NCBI GenBank assembly: GCA_043825875.1
Contig: JBDRRF010000049.1
Location: 1-64,000, forward strand
DNA length: 64,000 bases
Reading direction: 5' to 3'
Source: Pseudomonadota bacterium
Lineage (GTDB): Bacteria; Desulfobacterota; Desulfobacteria; Desulfobacterales; RPRI01
Part shown: in pieces, positions 30,760-40,997 of the stretch
How positions within the stretch are numbered: position 1 is the first letter of the stretch
How the letters are laid out: each line of letters begins with the position of its first letter
Translations under genes and position numbers: made by a program
The notes under the pieces: model-generated
The model's database searches: none
Told to the model about the DNA's origin: nothing
Seen by the model: only the letters and a program-made list of their open reading frames with translations

Positions 30760-32289
30760 ATGATACTGATAATTGATTTCGGATCTCAATATAACCAGCT
30801 GATAGCCCGCAGAGTCAGGGAAAGTCGAATATACTGCCGAATTGAACCGCCTGATATCAATGTTTCATATATAAAAGACTTAAAACCCGAAGGTATAATT
30901 TTATCCGGAGGCCCATCCAGTATATATGAAAAAAACAGCCCTAAAATAAATAAAGAAATATTTGATCTTGGAATTCCGATCCTGGGTATTTGTTATGGCA
31001 TGCAATTTATGATTTATTCCCTTGGCGGAACTGTTGAAAGAGCTAAAAAAAGAGAATATGGTTTTGCCAAACTATATATAAAAAACCAGAAAAGCATATT
31101 AAAAGATATAGAACAAAATACATGGTGCTGGATGAGCCATGGGGATTCAATTAAAAAGTTACCTAAAGATTTTATAGTTACTGCCTCAACAGATAATACT
31201 GAAATAGCAGCAGTTTCGAATGAAAATAAAAAACTTTACGGCCTCCAGTTTCACCCCGAAGTAGAACATACTCCTTTGGGCAAAAAAATGCTTAAAAATT
31301 TTCTCATAGATATATGCGGATGTAAACGTTCCTGGACCATGCAATCATTTGCCAAATCAGCAATTTCCGAAATAAGAGAGACTGTTAAAGATAACAAGAT
31401 AATACTTGGATTAAGCGGAGGTGTTGATTCCTCGGTAACGGCAATGCTTATTCATAAAGCCATTGGGAAAAATTTAACATGTATTTTTGTTGATAACGGG
31501 TTGCTTAGAAAAAACGAAGCCGAAAAGCTGAAAATCACTTTATTGCAAAATCTTGATATCAATATCAAATTTGTCAATGCTTCAAACAAATTTTTAAAAG
31601 CGCTTTTTAAAGTTACAGATCCTGAAAAAAAACGCAAGATCATCGGTAAAGTTTTTATGGATGTTTTTGAAGCAGAAGCAAAAAAAATAAAGGATGCAAA
31701 ATATTTAGCACAGGGGACCCTTTATCCTGATGTTATTGAATCCAGGTCTGCTTTTGGAGGCCCAACTGCAGTAATCAAATCTCATCATAATGTAGGGGGC
31801 CTTCCTAAAAATATGAAGCTTAAGCTTGTTGAACCTTTAAAATATTTATTTAAAGATGAAGTACGTAAACTGGGAAAAACAATTGGTTTGCATCAGGATC
31901 TGATATGGAGGCAACCATTTCCCGGCCCTGGTCTTTCCATAAGAATAATCGGGGAAATAACAAAGCTAAGACTTACAATTTTAAGGGAAGTAGATGATGT
32001 TTTGATATCCGAGATTAAAGATGCCGGTTTGTACAAAAAACTTTGGCAGTCTTTTGCAATTTTACTTCCTTTAAAAAGTGTAGGAATCATGGGTGATCAG
32101 AGAACATATGAAAATATTATAGCTATAAGAGCCGTAACAAGCAAGGATGCCATGACAGCAGACTGGGCAAAAATCCCTTATTCACTTTTAGGTAAAATTT
32201 CTAACAGGATAATTAATGAAGTTGCAGGTGTAAACAGAGTTGTATATGATATTAGTTCAAAACCTCCAGCAACCATTGAATGGGAATAA
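30760..32289 (+). CDS. guaA: GMP synthase (glutamine-hydrolysing)
   Basis: [42 protein letters not shown]. Confidence 0.97.
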   Translation: MILIIDFGSQYNQLIARRVRESRIYCRIEPPDINVSYIKDLKPEGIILSGGPSSIYEKNSPKINKEIFDLGIPILGICYGMQFMIYSLGGTVERAKKREYGFAKLYIKNQKSILKDIEQNTWCWMSHGDSIKKLPKDFIVTASTDNTEIAAVSNENKKLYGLQFHPEVEHTPLGKKMLKNFLIDICGCKRSWTMQSFAKSAISEIRETVKDNKIILGLSGGVDSSVTAMLIHKAIGKNLTCIFVDNGLLRKNEAEKLKITLLQNLDINIKFVNASNKFLKALFKVTDPEKKRKIIGKVFMDVFEAEAKKIKDAKYLAQGTLYPDVIESRSAFGGPTAVIKSHHNVGGLPKNMKLKLVEPLKYLFKDEVRKLGKTIGLHQDLIWRQPFPGPGLSIRIIGEITKLRLTILREVDDVLISEIKDAGLYKKLWQSFAILLPLKSVGIMGDQRTYENIIAIRAVTSKDAMTADWAKIPYSLLGKISNRIINEVAGVNRVVYDISSKPPATIEWE

Positions 32290-32295
32290 TTATAT

Positions 32296-33204
32296 ATGGA
32301 AGAAGAAAACGATCCTGAATTCAAAATTAATTTCGATGGCTTACGTCCTGATTCTATTATCTCTGAAGATAAACAGGAAGGCAAAAGTGATATTCATATT
32401 AAAAGATTGAACCAAAAAATTACTGTTATTCTTATACTGTTTCCTGTTGTGACGGCTTTGATGATTATGTTTATTTATTTTAACATAAACAAAAAAATCG
32501 TTGGCGTTCATAATTCAGGATCTATGGAAGTTAAAAATCTGTCAAAAACCATTGACAGCAAAACGGCTGAATTTTCCGCACTATATTCCAAACTTGAAGA
32601 ATCACTTGAAAAGAAAATATCTGCTGTCAACAATATGGAGCGTTCACTTAAAAAAGAACTGGATAAAACTGTAAATCGAATAAAAAAAGAAACAACAAAA
32701 TCAGTAGATGAGATAAAAAAAGAAGCCAAGAATAATGAATCAAAATTAACCAATTCTATTACACAGATAAGCCAACAAATAAATACGGCACAAAAAGACA
32801 TAGCTGTAGTTACGAGTAAAATAAAAAACACGGATAATGATTTATCCTTAAAGATATCAAGTATAAATCAAAAATTAAATACAATAGAAAATGATTTTGC
32901 AAAATTTCGCACATCAATAAGTGCGGCTGTTTCTGAAAAAATAAACTCAAAAGCAGATAAAGAAGAAATTGAACTGGCAATAATAAAAGAGCAAAAACGT
33001 TTTCAGTACGAATTAAGCGAGTTGGAAAAAAATATTGAACAAAAAATAAATACCATAAAAAGACAGCTCTACGATCTGGAGCATAAACCCATTAAAACAA
33101 ATCCTTCGCAAAATTTACCTTTAAAATCTGAGAATTCGTATAGTAAACCAACTATAAAAAAAACAACTCCGGAATCCGGTAAAATCATCGAACAGGATCT
33201 ATAA
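32296..33204 (+). CDS. Single-TM coiled-coil protein of unknown function
   Basis: One TM near residues 43-62, then a long heptad-rich region. Confidence 0.65.
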   Translation: MEEENDPEFKINFDGLRPDSIISEDKQEGKSDIHIKRLNQKITVILILFPVVTALMIMFIYFNINKKIVGVHNSGSMEVKNLSKTIDSKTAEFSALYSKLEESLEKKISAVNNMERSLKKELDKTVNRIKKETTKSVDEIKKEAKNNESKLTNSITQISQQINTAQKDIAVVTSKIKNTDNDLSLKISSINQKLNTIENDFAKFRTSISAAVSEKINSKADKEEIELAIIKEQKRFQYELSELEKNIEQKINTIKRQLYDLEHKPIKTNPSQNLPLKSENSYSKPTIKKTTPESGKIIEQDL

Positions 33205-33216
33205 ATATTTTTCAAC

Positions 33217-33969
33217 ATGAATGAAAAATCTTTAATAAAAATTCTTTCAAGTGTTTCCAATGGTAAAACTTCTGTTGAAAATGCTTTAAAAGAGCTTGCC
33301 CATTTTAATCTGGAAGATATAGGATATGCCCATATAGACCATAACAGGTCGCTTCGCAAAGGGTTTCCGGAAGTAATATTCGGTGAGGGGAAAACTGCCA
33401 ATCAAATTACCGGCATTATGGAAAAAATGGCATTACAGGAAGAAAATATCTTGGTAACACGCATTACTCAAGATAAAGCTGACGCGGTACTTTCAAGATT
33501 TACCGAAGCTGTTTATCATGAAGATGCAAAAATGATTGTCTGGAAGAAACAAAATAAAATAGATAATAACGGACGCGGAAAAATACTTGTGATTTCTGCC
33601 GGAACATCAGATATTCCTGTTGCTAAAGAAGCGTATATTACTGCTCAAACAATGGGAAATGAAGTAGAGTCGGTTTTTGATGTAGGAGTTGCTGGCATTC
33701 ACAGGCTATTTGATCACAGCAAGATGATTCATGAAGCTTCTGTTTTGATCGTTGTTGCAGGAATGGAGGGAGCGCTTCCCAGTGTTGTTGCCGGACTGGT
33801 AAGCCGCCCCGTAATAGCCGTTCCAACAAGTGTGGGCTATGGGGTCAGTATGGGTGGTCTTACAGCACTTTTTGCCATGCTTAACAGCTGTAGCTCAAAT
33901 ATAGCTGTAGTAAATATAGACAATGGTTTTGGAGCAGGTTATATGGCTTCAATTATTAACAGGAATTAG
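33217..33969 (+). CDS. larB: LarB / AIR-carboxylase-like protein
   Basis: R..RKGFPEVIFGEGKT, AGTSD.PVA.EA, DVGVAG.HRL, AGMEGALPSVV, VVNIDNGFGA. Confidence 0.92.
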   Translation: MNEKSLIKILSSVSNGKTSVENALKELAHFNLEDIGYAHIDHNRSLRKGFPEVIFGEGKTANQITGIMEKMALQEENILVTRITQDKADAVLSRFTEAVYHEDAKMIVWKKQNKIDNNGRGKILVISAGTSDIPVAKEAYITAQTMGNEVESVFDVGVAGIHRLFDHSKMIHEASVLIVVAGMEGALPSVVAGLVSRPVIAVPTSVGYGVSMGGLTALFAMLNSCSSNIAVVNIDNGFGAGYMASIINRN

Positions 33970-33995
33970 GTGCCACAAATGAGATTTTGCTAAAA

Positions 33996-35195
33996 TTAAT
34001 CGGACAAATTAGCTTGTAATAACTTTAATGCCAAAGCAGTTTTTATATCAACAATACTCTGAAGCCACTGTGTGCCCAAATCGCTTTCTTCATCTGTTAA
34101 ATTTTTTATTACCAATAGATATTCTTTCCCATATTTCTTAATTGCAGAATCTACTATATTAAGAAAACTGTTTTTAATATTAATCATGTCAGAAGAAATA
34201 TCTTCTTCAGTTGTAAAACATCTTTTTATTTCAGGCCATATCAGGCTGGTTTCTTTTTTATTATCAGTCTTGTCGATTAATTCTTTTAATCTTTTTATTC
34301 TTTCTAAGATAGCAAGGTTCAATTTTTCTTTAAGGCCTGTTAAAAGTGTTTCCGGAAAATCTGAAGAAACGAATTGTGATCTTACATTATTATACCATGA
34401 CATAAGCGCTGTAAGATTTGCAATGTAAAATATATTATTAGATACTATTCTTGGGATATTGCCGCTTATGCCCGGGTAAAAAGGTATGTTATTATTTTTC
34501 CCTGATCCGCCAATTATGAAACGACCAGAGCGAAGTTCATCTTTTCTGCAAATTGTGCCGGCAGCGATTATCGTTCCGTAACTCAGCCTGCATGGCCCTA
34601 CAATGCCCCCCTGCCCTCCTAAAAAAATCGGTCTTTGTTTCAGCATCACCCCTTTTGGCACATCTCCGATCAGAGAGGGTGTGGCTTTATCCTGATTAGG
34701 AGTATAGTTAAAATGGATATAAGAACTTCCTACTTCGCTATGATCTTTGCGACTTGTGCCTCCGGACATAAAGCAGTCACAAAAATTAATAAGACTGCCA
34801 AGAGTCACATATGGGAAAAGTATCGTGTGCTTTAAGCCTACCGTATGGGCAATACTTGCTTCTTCTTCTATGATAGTTCCTTCTCTTACATGGGAACCGT
34901 AACCTAAAACAGATCCTTTTAGAAAAACGGAATCTTTAAAAAAACCGCCTTTTAGATTAACACCAGAAGCAACTTGGCAACTTTCCAATGTAACAGGGCC
35001 TTCATATCCGATTTTTACACCATCAAGAATTAGTGTCGAAGAGCCATATATTTTGCATCCCGGATATATTATTACATCATTTCCGGAAATCCTGTCTATT
35101 TCAACCTCATCACCTATAGATACATTATAAGGATCGGGGAAAACGACTCCTTTGTTTATCAGCTGCTCGATTTTTTTTGCTATGCTTCTATTCAT
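33996..35195 (-). CDS. GlmU-like left-handed beta-helix protein without a uridyltransferase domain
   Basis: Starts like the GlmU linker (LINKGV.FPDP), hexapeptide repeats, HFNY motif; no LAAG.GTR nucleotidyltransferase motif. Confidence 0.65.
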   Translation of the reverse strand: MNRSIAKKIEQLINKGVVFPDPYNVSIGDEVEIDRISGNDVIIYPGCKIYGSSTLILDGVKIGYEGPVTLESCQVASGVNLKGGFFKDSVFLKGSVLGYGSHVREGTIIEEEASIAHTVGLKHTILFPYVTLGSLINFCDCFMSGGTSRKDHSEVGSSYIHFNYTPNQDKATPSLIGDVPKGVMLKQRPIFLGGQGGIVGPCRLSYGTIIAAGTICRKDELRSGRFIIGGSGKNNNIPFYPGISGNIPRIVSNNIFYIANLTALMSWYNNVRSQFVSSDFPETLLTGLKEKLNLAILERIKRLKELIDKTDNKKETSLIWPEIKRCFTTEEDISSDMINIKNSFLNIVDSAIKKYGKEYLLVIKNLTDEESDLGTQWLQSIVDIKTALALKLLQANLSD

Positions 35196-35207
35196 TATTT
35201 TTAGTAT

Positions 35208-37106
35208 TTAATTTATATTTGAAGGAATATATTCCGGTACAATTATTTTTAGAGTTTTTTTAATATTTTCATAATCCTGTTCTTCTGAAAGCCTGGATAA
35301 TTTTTCTATATTTCCATTTAGCATATTAATATTACAATCTACTCCTTTTAATGCCATTATTTTTTTGTGGCTTGTCGGAATTACGTTTTCACCCTCTGTA
35401 ATAAGTTCTTCATAGAGTTTTTCTCCAGGCCTTAAACCTACATATTCAATTTTAATATCTTCATCCGGCACAAAGCCTGAAAGTTTTATAAGATCTCTTG
35501 CCATATTGTCTATTTTAATCGGAGTTCCCATATCAAGCAAAAAAATCTCACCTCCATTTCCCATTGCGCCTGCCTGAAGAATCAGCTGACATGCTTCAGG
35601 AATAGTCATAAAATACCTTGTCACATCCTGATGTGTAACCGTAACCGGCCCGCCCCTTTCAATTTGTTTTTTAAACAATGGGATCACACTGCCCACACTT
35701 CCAATAACATTGCCAAAACGTACAGTTATAAACTGAGTTGGAAAGAGCTTGTCCCCGTTTTGGCTTTGTATGAGCATTTCAGCAACGCGTTTTGAAGCGC
35801 CCATAACATTTGACGGACGTACTGCTTTATCTGTTGAGACAAAGACAAAACGTTGTACATGATGCTTCCTTGAAACATCAATCAGATTAAACGTTCCCTG
35901 AACATTGTTTTCGATTGCTTTCCATGGCTGCAATTCCAGCATTGGTACATGTTTATAAGCTGCAGCATGAAAAACTACTTCAGGGTGATATTTTACAAAC
36001 GTTTTTTCAAGATGAATAGTGTCCCTAACATCTGCAAGAAGTGTAATACATTTTATGTCAGGAAACTTATGCTTAATATCAAGTTCTATTTCATACAAAG
36101 GGCTTTCAGCTCTTTCATAAAGAATAATGCTATCCGGTTTAAACCTGCATATCTGCCTGCAAAGTTCAGAACCAATAGATCCGCCTGCGCCTGTAACAAT
36201 AACTTTTTTCCCTTTTAAATATTCACCGATTTTATCAGTATCCAATTGAATTATATCACGCCCAAGAAGGTCGCAGTAAGACACTTCACGAATTGTATTT
36301 ACAGTGACCCTGCCATCAATTAACTCACTATAGCCGGGAATGGTCTTAAATTTTATGTTATTGTTGTTACATATATCTACTATCTTTCGAATTTGTTTTG
36401 AGTTTGCAGAAGGAATAGCAATTAGCGCCTCATCAGCTTTGGCTTTTATAAATATCTTTCCGATTTTTTGAATAGTACCAAGAACAGGAAGACTGTGTAT
36501 TTTTTTACCCATTTTTTTAGGGTCATCATCTAAAAAACCTACCACTTTTTGGTTTAATTTATAATTATTATTAATTTCCTTACAGATTTTCTCACCGCAA
36601 TCTCCTGCCCCGATAATAAGTATTCTTTTCTTTTTCAGTATACTTCTGTTAAAAGGGTTGAATAAATTATATATGGTTGTAAAACATGAATTATCAAAAC
36701 TTAATTGTTCGTAATACAGTCGTATTGCCAAACGATATCCGGTAATCAGGAAAACAGTAAAACACCAATCAATAATAAAAACCGACCTGGAAAAACCTTC
36801 AAATCTTGTTCTAAAGAGAATAAGAGTAACTATTACAAGGCTGCTTATAGTTGAAGCTTTTATTATATTAAGAAGATCTTTAATGCCTGTGTATCGCCAC
36901 ATACCACGATAGAGACCAAAAGCATAGAATAAGAGTATTTTTGTAAGGATTACAGCCGAAAGAATTGCATAGAAAGAAGTAATATAATTTGGAGGAATAG
37001 AAAATTCAAAGCGAATAAGATGTGCGCCATAAAATGAAGCAGTTATCAGAATAATATCAATTGCAATAATTATAAAAAAATTGATATAAAGATGCCTGAA
37101 TTTCAT
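35208..37106 (-). CDS. Membrane-bound UDP-sugar 4,6-dehydratase (CapD/PglF/WbpM family)
   Basis: Four TMs, GAGGSIGSEL, HAAAYKHVP, STDKAV, RFGNV.GS, GLRPGEKLYEEL. Confidence 0.93.
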   Translation of the reverse strand: MKFRHLYINFFIIIAIDIILITASFYGAHLIRFEFSIPPNYITSFYAILSAVILTKILLFYAFGLYRGMWRYTGIKDLLNIIKASTISSLVIVTLILFRTRFEGFSRSVFIIDWCFTVFLITGYRLAIRLYYEQLSFDNSCFTTIYNLFNPFNRSILKKKRILIIGAGDCGEKICKEINNNYKLNQKVVGFLDDDPKKMGKKIHSLPVLGTIQKIGKIFIKAKADEALIAIPSANSKQIRKIVDICNNNNIKFKTIPGYSELIDGRVTVNTIREVSYCDLLGRDIIQLDTDKIGEYLKGKKVIVTGAGGSIGSELCRQICRFKPDSIILYERAESPLYEIELDIKHKFPDIKCITLLADVRDTIHLEKTFVKYHPEVVFHAAAYKHVPMLELQPWKAIENNVQGTFNLIDVSRKHHVQRFVFVSTDKAVRPSNVMGASKRVAEMLIQSQNGDKLFPTQFITVRFGNVIGSVGSVIPLFKKQIERGGPVTVTHQDVTRYFMTIPEACQLILQAGAMGNGGEIFLLDMGTPIKIDNMARDLIKLSGFVPDEDIKIEYVGLRPGEKLYEELITEGENVIPTSHKKIMALKGVDCNINMLNGNIEKLSRLSEEQDYENIKKTLKIIVPEYIPSNIN

Positions 37107-37873
37107 TATACATTCCCTCTAATTTTCAACCAAAATAGTCCAAGATACTCATGAACAGCAAGTTCCATTTTTTTAATTTCAGTTGAATCCGGAAAATACA
37201 TAAAAGGATTTATCCTCTCTGCTTTTTTAACAAGGTGGCCAACAGGTGCAGGTATCGGATTCATTCCCGCTTTCTGAAAAATAGCCATAGAACGTTGCAT
37301 ATGAAAAGCTGAGGTAACTAAAATAAATTTATCATCCCCAACTATTTTTTTTATAAATAAAGCCTGACTTTCAGTATCCAAGCTTTCCGATTCCAAAATT
37401 ATCTTATTATTATCTACACCAAGATCAAGAGCCGCATTAGCCATAACTTTCGATTCCGGAACAGAATCGAAAGCACCTCCTCCTGAAAATATTATTTTGC
37501 TTTTTGGCATTTTATTGTAAATTGAAATTCCTTCAACGAGCCTGAATAAAGACTGAGGGGACAAGCTGCTGATTACCGGCAGCATGGAATCTGCCAAATA
37601 TCCTCCACCAAGAACAACTATCCACCTTATCTCAGATATAGAATTCGTATTTAAAAGAGGTTTATATTTGCGTTCTAAATTACCCAATATTTTATCAGGT
37701 AGCAAATTAAAACTCATAAATATAAGAGACATAACCCCAACTATAATAATAATTTTGCCAATTTTTTCTTTTTTTTTAAAGGAAAGTAACAATAAACCCA
37801 AAACGAGAAAAGAGATGCATACAGTCAAAGGAGAGAGCAATAATCCTGCAATTTTTTTAAATAAAAACATCAT
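37106..37873 (-). CDS. ElyC/YdcF (DUF218) family protein
   Basis: IVVLGGG, RL.EG, FSGG, S.DT..A, LVTSAFHM.RS, HEYLG. Confidence 0.88.
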   Translation of the reverse strand: MMFLFKKIAGLLLSPLTVCISFLVLGLLLLSFKKKEKIGKIIIIVGVMSLIFMSFNLLPDKILGNLERKYKPLLNTNSISEIRWIVVLGGGYLADSMLPVISSLSPQSLFRLVEGISIYNKMPKSKIIFSGGGAFDSVPESKVMANAALDLGVDNNKIILESESLDTESQALFIKKIVGDDKFILVTSAFHMQRSMAIFQKAGMNPIPAPVGHLVKKAERINPFMYFPDSTEIKKMELAVHEYLGLFWLKIRGNV

Positions 37874-37885
37874 TTATTAACCTGC

Positions 37886-38028
37886 GAGCCACTTTCAAAA
37901 CGTTTCAGTTTGGTCAAGCTCAAGGCGGGAGAAAATTTCAACCGCAGGAATACATTAAGTATTTCGAGGATTGAAATTTGAGCCCAACGCTTAAGATCGG
38001 CCGAAATGGGGCATTTTGAAACTGGCCC
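37886..38028 (+). mobile_element. MITE copy 3 (143 bp)
   Basis: Same element; CTGC duplicated at 37882-37885 and 38029-38032. Confidence 0.9.
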
Positions 38029-38326
38029 CTGCTATTGCATTTAAAAGATCGATAGTCATTTGCCATAAGTCATTAACACAATATATAGTTAGCATTATAC
38101 ATTATGTTTTATACTCCATCAACTATCTTCTTGTTGTATCTAAACCCGATAAGCCTATGTTAATTCTTGACTTAGACAGATTGTTGTTATATTCGTTACC
38201 AATAATTATTCCTATCACAGCTTAAGTTTTATCTCTTCTGAAATAAAACTTAATGAATTAAATTTTATATATATTAATAAACATTGAGTGATAGAATCAT
38301 TTGTCCGTTAAATAGGGAGAACTTTT

Positions 38327-38788
38327 ATGTTAATAGTAAAAGACATAATGAAAACCAACGTAATAACAGTTATACCCGAAACTGAAATTGTACAAGCTAC
38401 AAAACTTCTTCTTGAAAACCATATAAATGGAGTTCCTGTTATAGATTTGAGTGGAAAACTTGTAGGTATTTTATGCCAAAGTGATATAATTTCGCAACAA
38501 AAAAAATTCCCTATTCCAACTTTATTTACATTCCTTGATGGTTTTATACCACTTACTTCAATGAAACACATAGAAAAAGAAGTACAAAAAATTGCAGCTA
38601 TAACTGTTGGAGATGCTATGACTGTTAATCCGGTAACAGTAAAACCCGACACAAGTATCGAGGTTGTTGCAGCACTCATGGTTGATAATAATTTTCATAC
38701 GCTTCCGGTTGTAGATGATGGTAAACTTATAGGAATAGTTGGAAAGGAAGATGTTTTAAGAACTCTTATTCCGAAAAACGGAACATGA
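38327..38788 (+). CDS. CBS-pair domain protein
   Basis: VKDIM, GVPVID..GKLVGI, AMT.NPVTV, LPVVDDGKLIGIV. Confidence 0.9.
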   Translation: MLIVKDIMKTNVITVIPETEIVQATKLLLENHINGVPVIDLSGKLVGILCQSDIISQQKKFPIPTLFTFLDGFIPLTSMKHIEKEVQKIAAITVGDAMTVNPVTVKPDTSIEVVAALMVDNNFHTLPVVDDGKLIGIVGKEDVLRTLIPKNGT

Positions 38789-38937
38789 AAAGTACTATAT
38801 AATATGTTAAATTTCAAAACACTAAAATCATATGAACCCAGCATTGTATCTGATCTAAACCATCTGTATTTGTTTAGCCCACTTCATTAATTTCATATAT
38901 ACACAAAAGGTTTTTTAAGATCTGTTAGGATTAATAA

Positions 38938-39972
38938 ATGAAATTTGGAATTACCGGACTTTCCGTTTCCGGAAAATCAACAATATTTGAGACTCTGACC
39001 CAAAATATTTTAGGTGAAAAACATAAAACAGAAAACTCTATGGGAACAATTGACGTGCCTGATACACGAGTTGATGTTTTATCAGAGATGTATAAACCGA
39101 AAAAAACAATTCATGCAAAAATAGAATATTTTCTTCCCGCTGTTCATAATCAAAAAAGTGATATAAAAAAAGATCAGAATATATGGACATCTGTAAGAGA
39201 CTGTGATGCTCTCATACATGTTGTAAAGAATTTTACAGAGTACGGACAAGAGCCACCAATACCTTGCAAAGATTTTCTTCAGCTTGATCAGGATATTATT
39301 CTTGCAGACTATTTTACTATAGAAAAACGAATCGAGCGAATTGAAACCGATAAAAAAAGAGGGAAAAAAATCGATAAAGAAGAGATTGATCTACTGACTG
39401 ACTGCCATAAAAATCTTGAAGATGGAATCCCTTTGAGAAGAATACCCGAAATAGCATCTGCTCAGGTACTAAAAGGGTTTGCTTTTATATCGGCAAAACC
39501 CACGCTTGTTTTATTTAACAATAATGACGAAGACCCGGAATTTCCGGATTGTAAAGATATAATGGCAAAAGAAGATTGTATGGTTATAAGAGGAAAGCTG
39601 GAACAGGAACTTTCGCACATGAGTGCAGAAGATGCGGGTGATTTTCTTTCCGAATACGATATTAAAGAAGTAGCAAGAGAAAGAGTAATAAAAAAATCAT
39701 ATGAACTTTTAGGACTCATCTCTTTTTTTACGGTTGGTGAAGATGAAGTGCGGGCATGGACTATTAAAAAAGGAACGAGCGCCCTTGATGCAGCCGAAGT
39801 GATTCATTCAGATATTAAAAAAGGGTTTATCAGAGCCGAAGTTCTTGCATATGATGATCTGATGGATGCAAAAACATATAATGAGGCAAGGAAAAAAGGA
39901 ACAGTAAGACTTGAAGGCAAAACTTATTTTGTAAACGATGGAGATATTATAAATTTTAGATTTAATGTCTGA
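38938..39972 (+). CDS. YchF-like ATPase/DUF933 protein with divergent G domain
   Basis: VPD.R...L...YKP.K, FFTVGEDEVRAWTI, IHSD.KKGFIRAEV, RLEGK.Y.V.DGDI..FRFNV. Confidence 0.85.
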   Translation: MKFGITGLSVSGKSTIFETLTQNILGEKHKTENSMGTIDVPDTRVDVLSEMYKPKKTIHAKIEYFLPAVHNQKSDIKKDQNIWTSVRDCDALIHVVKNFTEYGQEPPIPCKDFLQLDQDIILADYFTIEKRIERIETDKKRGKKIDKEEIDLLTDCHKNLEDGIPLRRIPEIASAQVLKGFAFISAKPTLVLFNNNDEDPEFPDCKDIMAKEDCMVIRGKLEQELSHMSAEDAGDFLSEYDIKEVARERVIKKSYELLGLISFFTVGEDEVRAWTIKKGTSALDAAEVIHSDIKKGFIRAEVLAYDDLMDAKTYNEARKKGTVRLEGKTYFVNDGDIINFRFNV

Positions 39973-39988
39973 TGGTTTTCAATAAAAT

Positions 39989-40702
39989 CTATTTTACTGT
40001 ATAGCCTGAGATTTTATCAACATCGTCTGTAATTTCATTCAGTATATTTTCGGTATTGGCTCTAAGTCGTTCCAGTTCATCTTCTGAAATATCTTTTGGA
40101 ATCATAATCGGTTCGCCAAATTTAATAATCATCCGGGAAAAAGGGTAAGGAATAATTGTTTTGTCCCATGCTTTATGAAAAGTAATAACCTTTGTGCCGG
40201 AGCAAGCCATAGGAATAAAATATGACCCGGTACTTTTTGCAAGAACAAGTAAGCCTTTTTTTAATACACGGGCTGGGCCTTTCGGCCCGTCAACAGCCGT
40301 GCCGCAAAATATTGTTTCTCCGCCGGCCTTCTTAACAAAAGTAATAATGGTACGCAGAGCATCCCTTCCGCCTTTTGAGGAAGAACCGCGTGCAGTTGCA
40401 TATCCTAACCGGTGTCCTACGCGGGAAATAAGTTCGCCGTCTTTGCTGCGGCTTACCATGATAATACCGTTTTTAATTTTCCGGAAGAAATAAAAAACAA
40501 AGATTATATGTCTATGCCATGAACCTAAAATAATATTGCCTTTATTCTTATTATTTACAAAATATTCCTCGTAGATTTCCTTGTTTATAATTTTGACACG
40601 AACCGTTCTAAACCATAATTGAACAAGCCATGAGGCAAGCAGGGAAAGAACAGAGAGCTTAAAACGTTCTGTTAATGTTAAGTCTTTTATGAATTCAGCC
40701 AT
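39989..40702 (-). CDS. Lysophospholipid acyltransferase family (DUF374-like) protein
   Basis: WH, SRSKDGE, RGSSSKGG, DGPKGP, WDK.IIP.PFS. Start moved to MAEF at 40702 (GGAG RBS) because the ORF-track start lies inside a MITE. Confidence 0.88.
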   Translation of the reverse strand: MAEFIKDLTLTERFKLSVLSLLASWLVQLWFRTVRVKIINKEIYEEYFVNNKNKGNIILGSWHRHIIFVFYFFRKIKNGIIMVSRSKDGELISRVGHRLGYATARGSSSKGGRDALRTIITFVKKAGGETIFCGTAVDGPKGPARVLKKGLLVLAKSTGSYFIPMACSGTKVITFHKAWDKTIIPYPFSRMIIKFGEPIMIPKDISEDELERLRANTENILNEITDDVDKISGYTVK

Positions 40703-40731
40703 TTCTCTCCATTTATCAGTACAATAACTTT

Positions 40732-40873
40732 GAGCCAGTTTCAAAACGCCCCATTTTGGCCGATCTCTGCGTTGGGCTCAAATTTCAATCCTCGAAATAC
40801 TCAATGTATTCCTGCGGTTGAAATTTTCGCCCGCCTTGAGCTTGACCAAACTGAAACGTTTTGAAAGTGGCTC
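40732..40873 (-). mobile_element. MITE copy 4 (142 bp)
   Basis: Reverse orientation; CTTT duplicated at 40728-40731 and 40874-40877. Confidence 0.9.
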
Positions 40874-40921
40874 CTTTGAAATAGTTTTATTTCAAAAAAT
40901 ATCAATATAAAAACAGGGATG

Positions 40922-40930
40922 TGTTATAAT
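40922..40930 (+). promoter_or_regulatory. Extended -10 promoter element
   Basis: TG-T-TATAAT, 67 nt upstream of the ydbH-like start. Confidence 0.45.
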
Positions 40931-40955
40931 AAAACTGCAAAACACATTACGGAAA

Positions 40956-40978
40956 GAGCCACTTTCAAAACGTTTCAG
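40956..40978 (+). repeat. Solo left end of the MITE
   Basis: GAGCCACTTTCAAAACGTTTCAG, then unrelated sequence. Confidence 0.85.
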
Positions 40979-40997
40979 ATCAGAAAGACATAGTATT

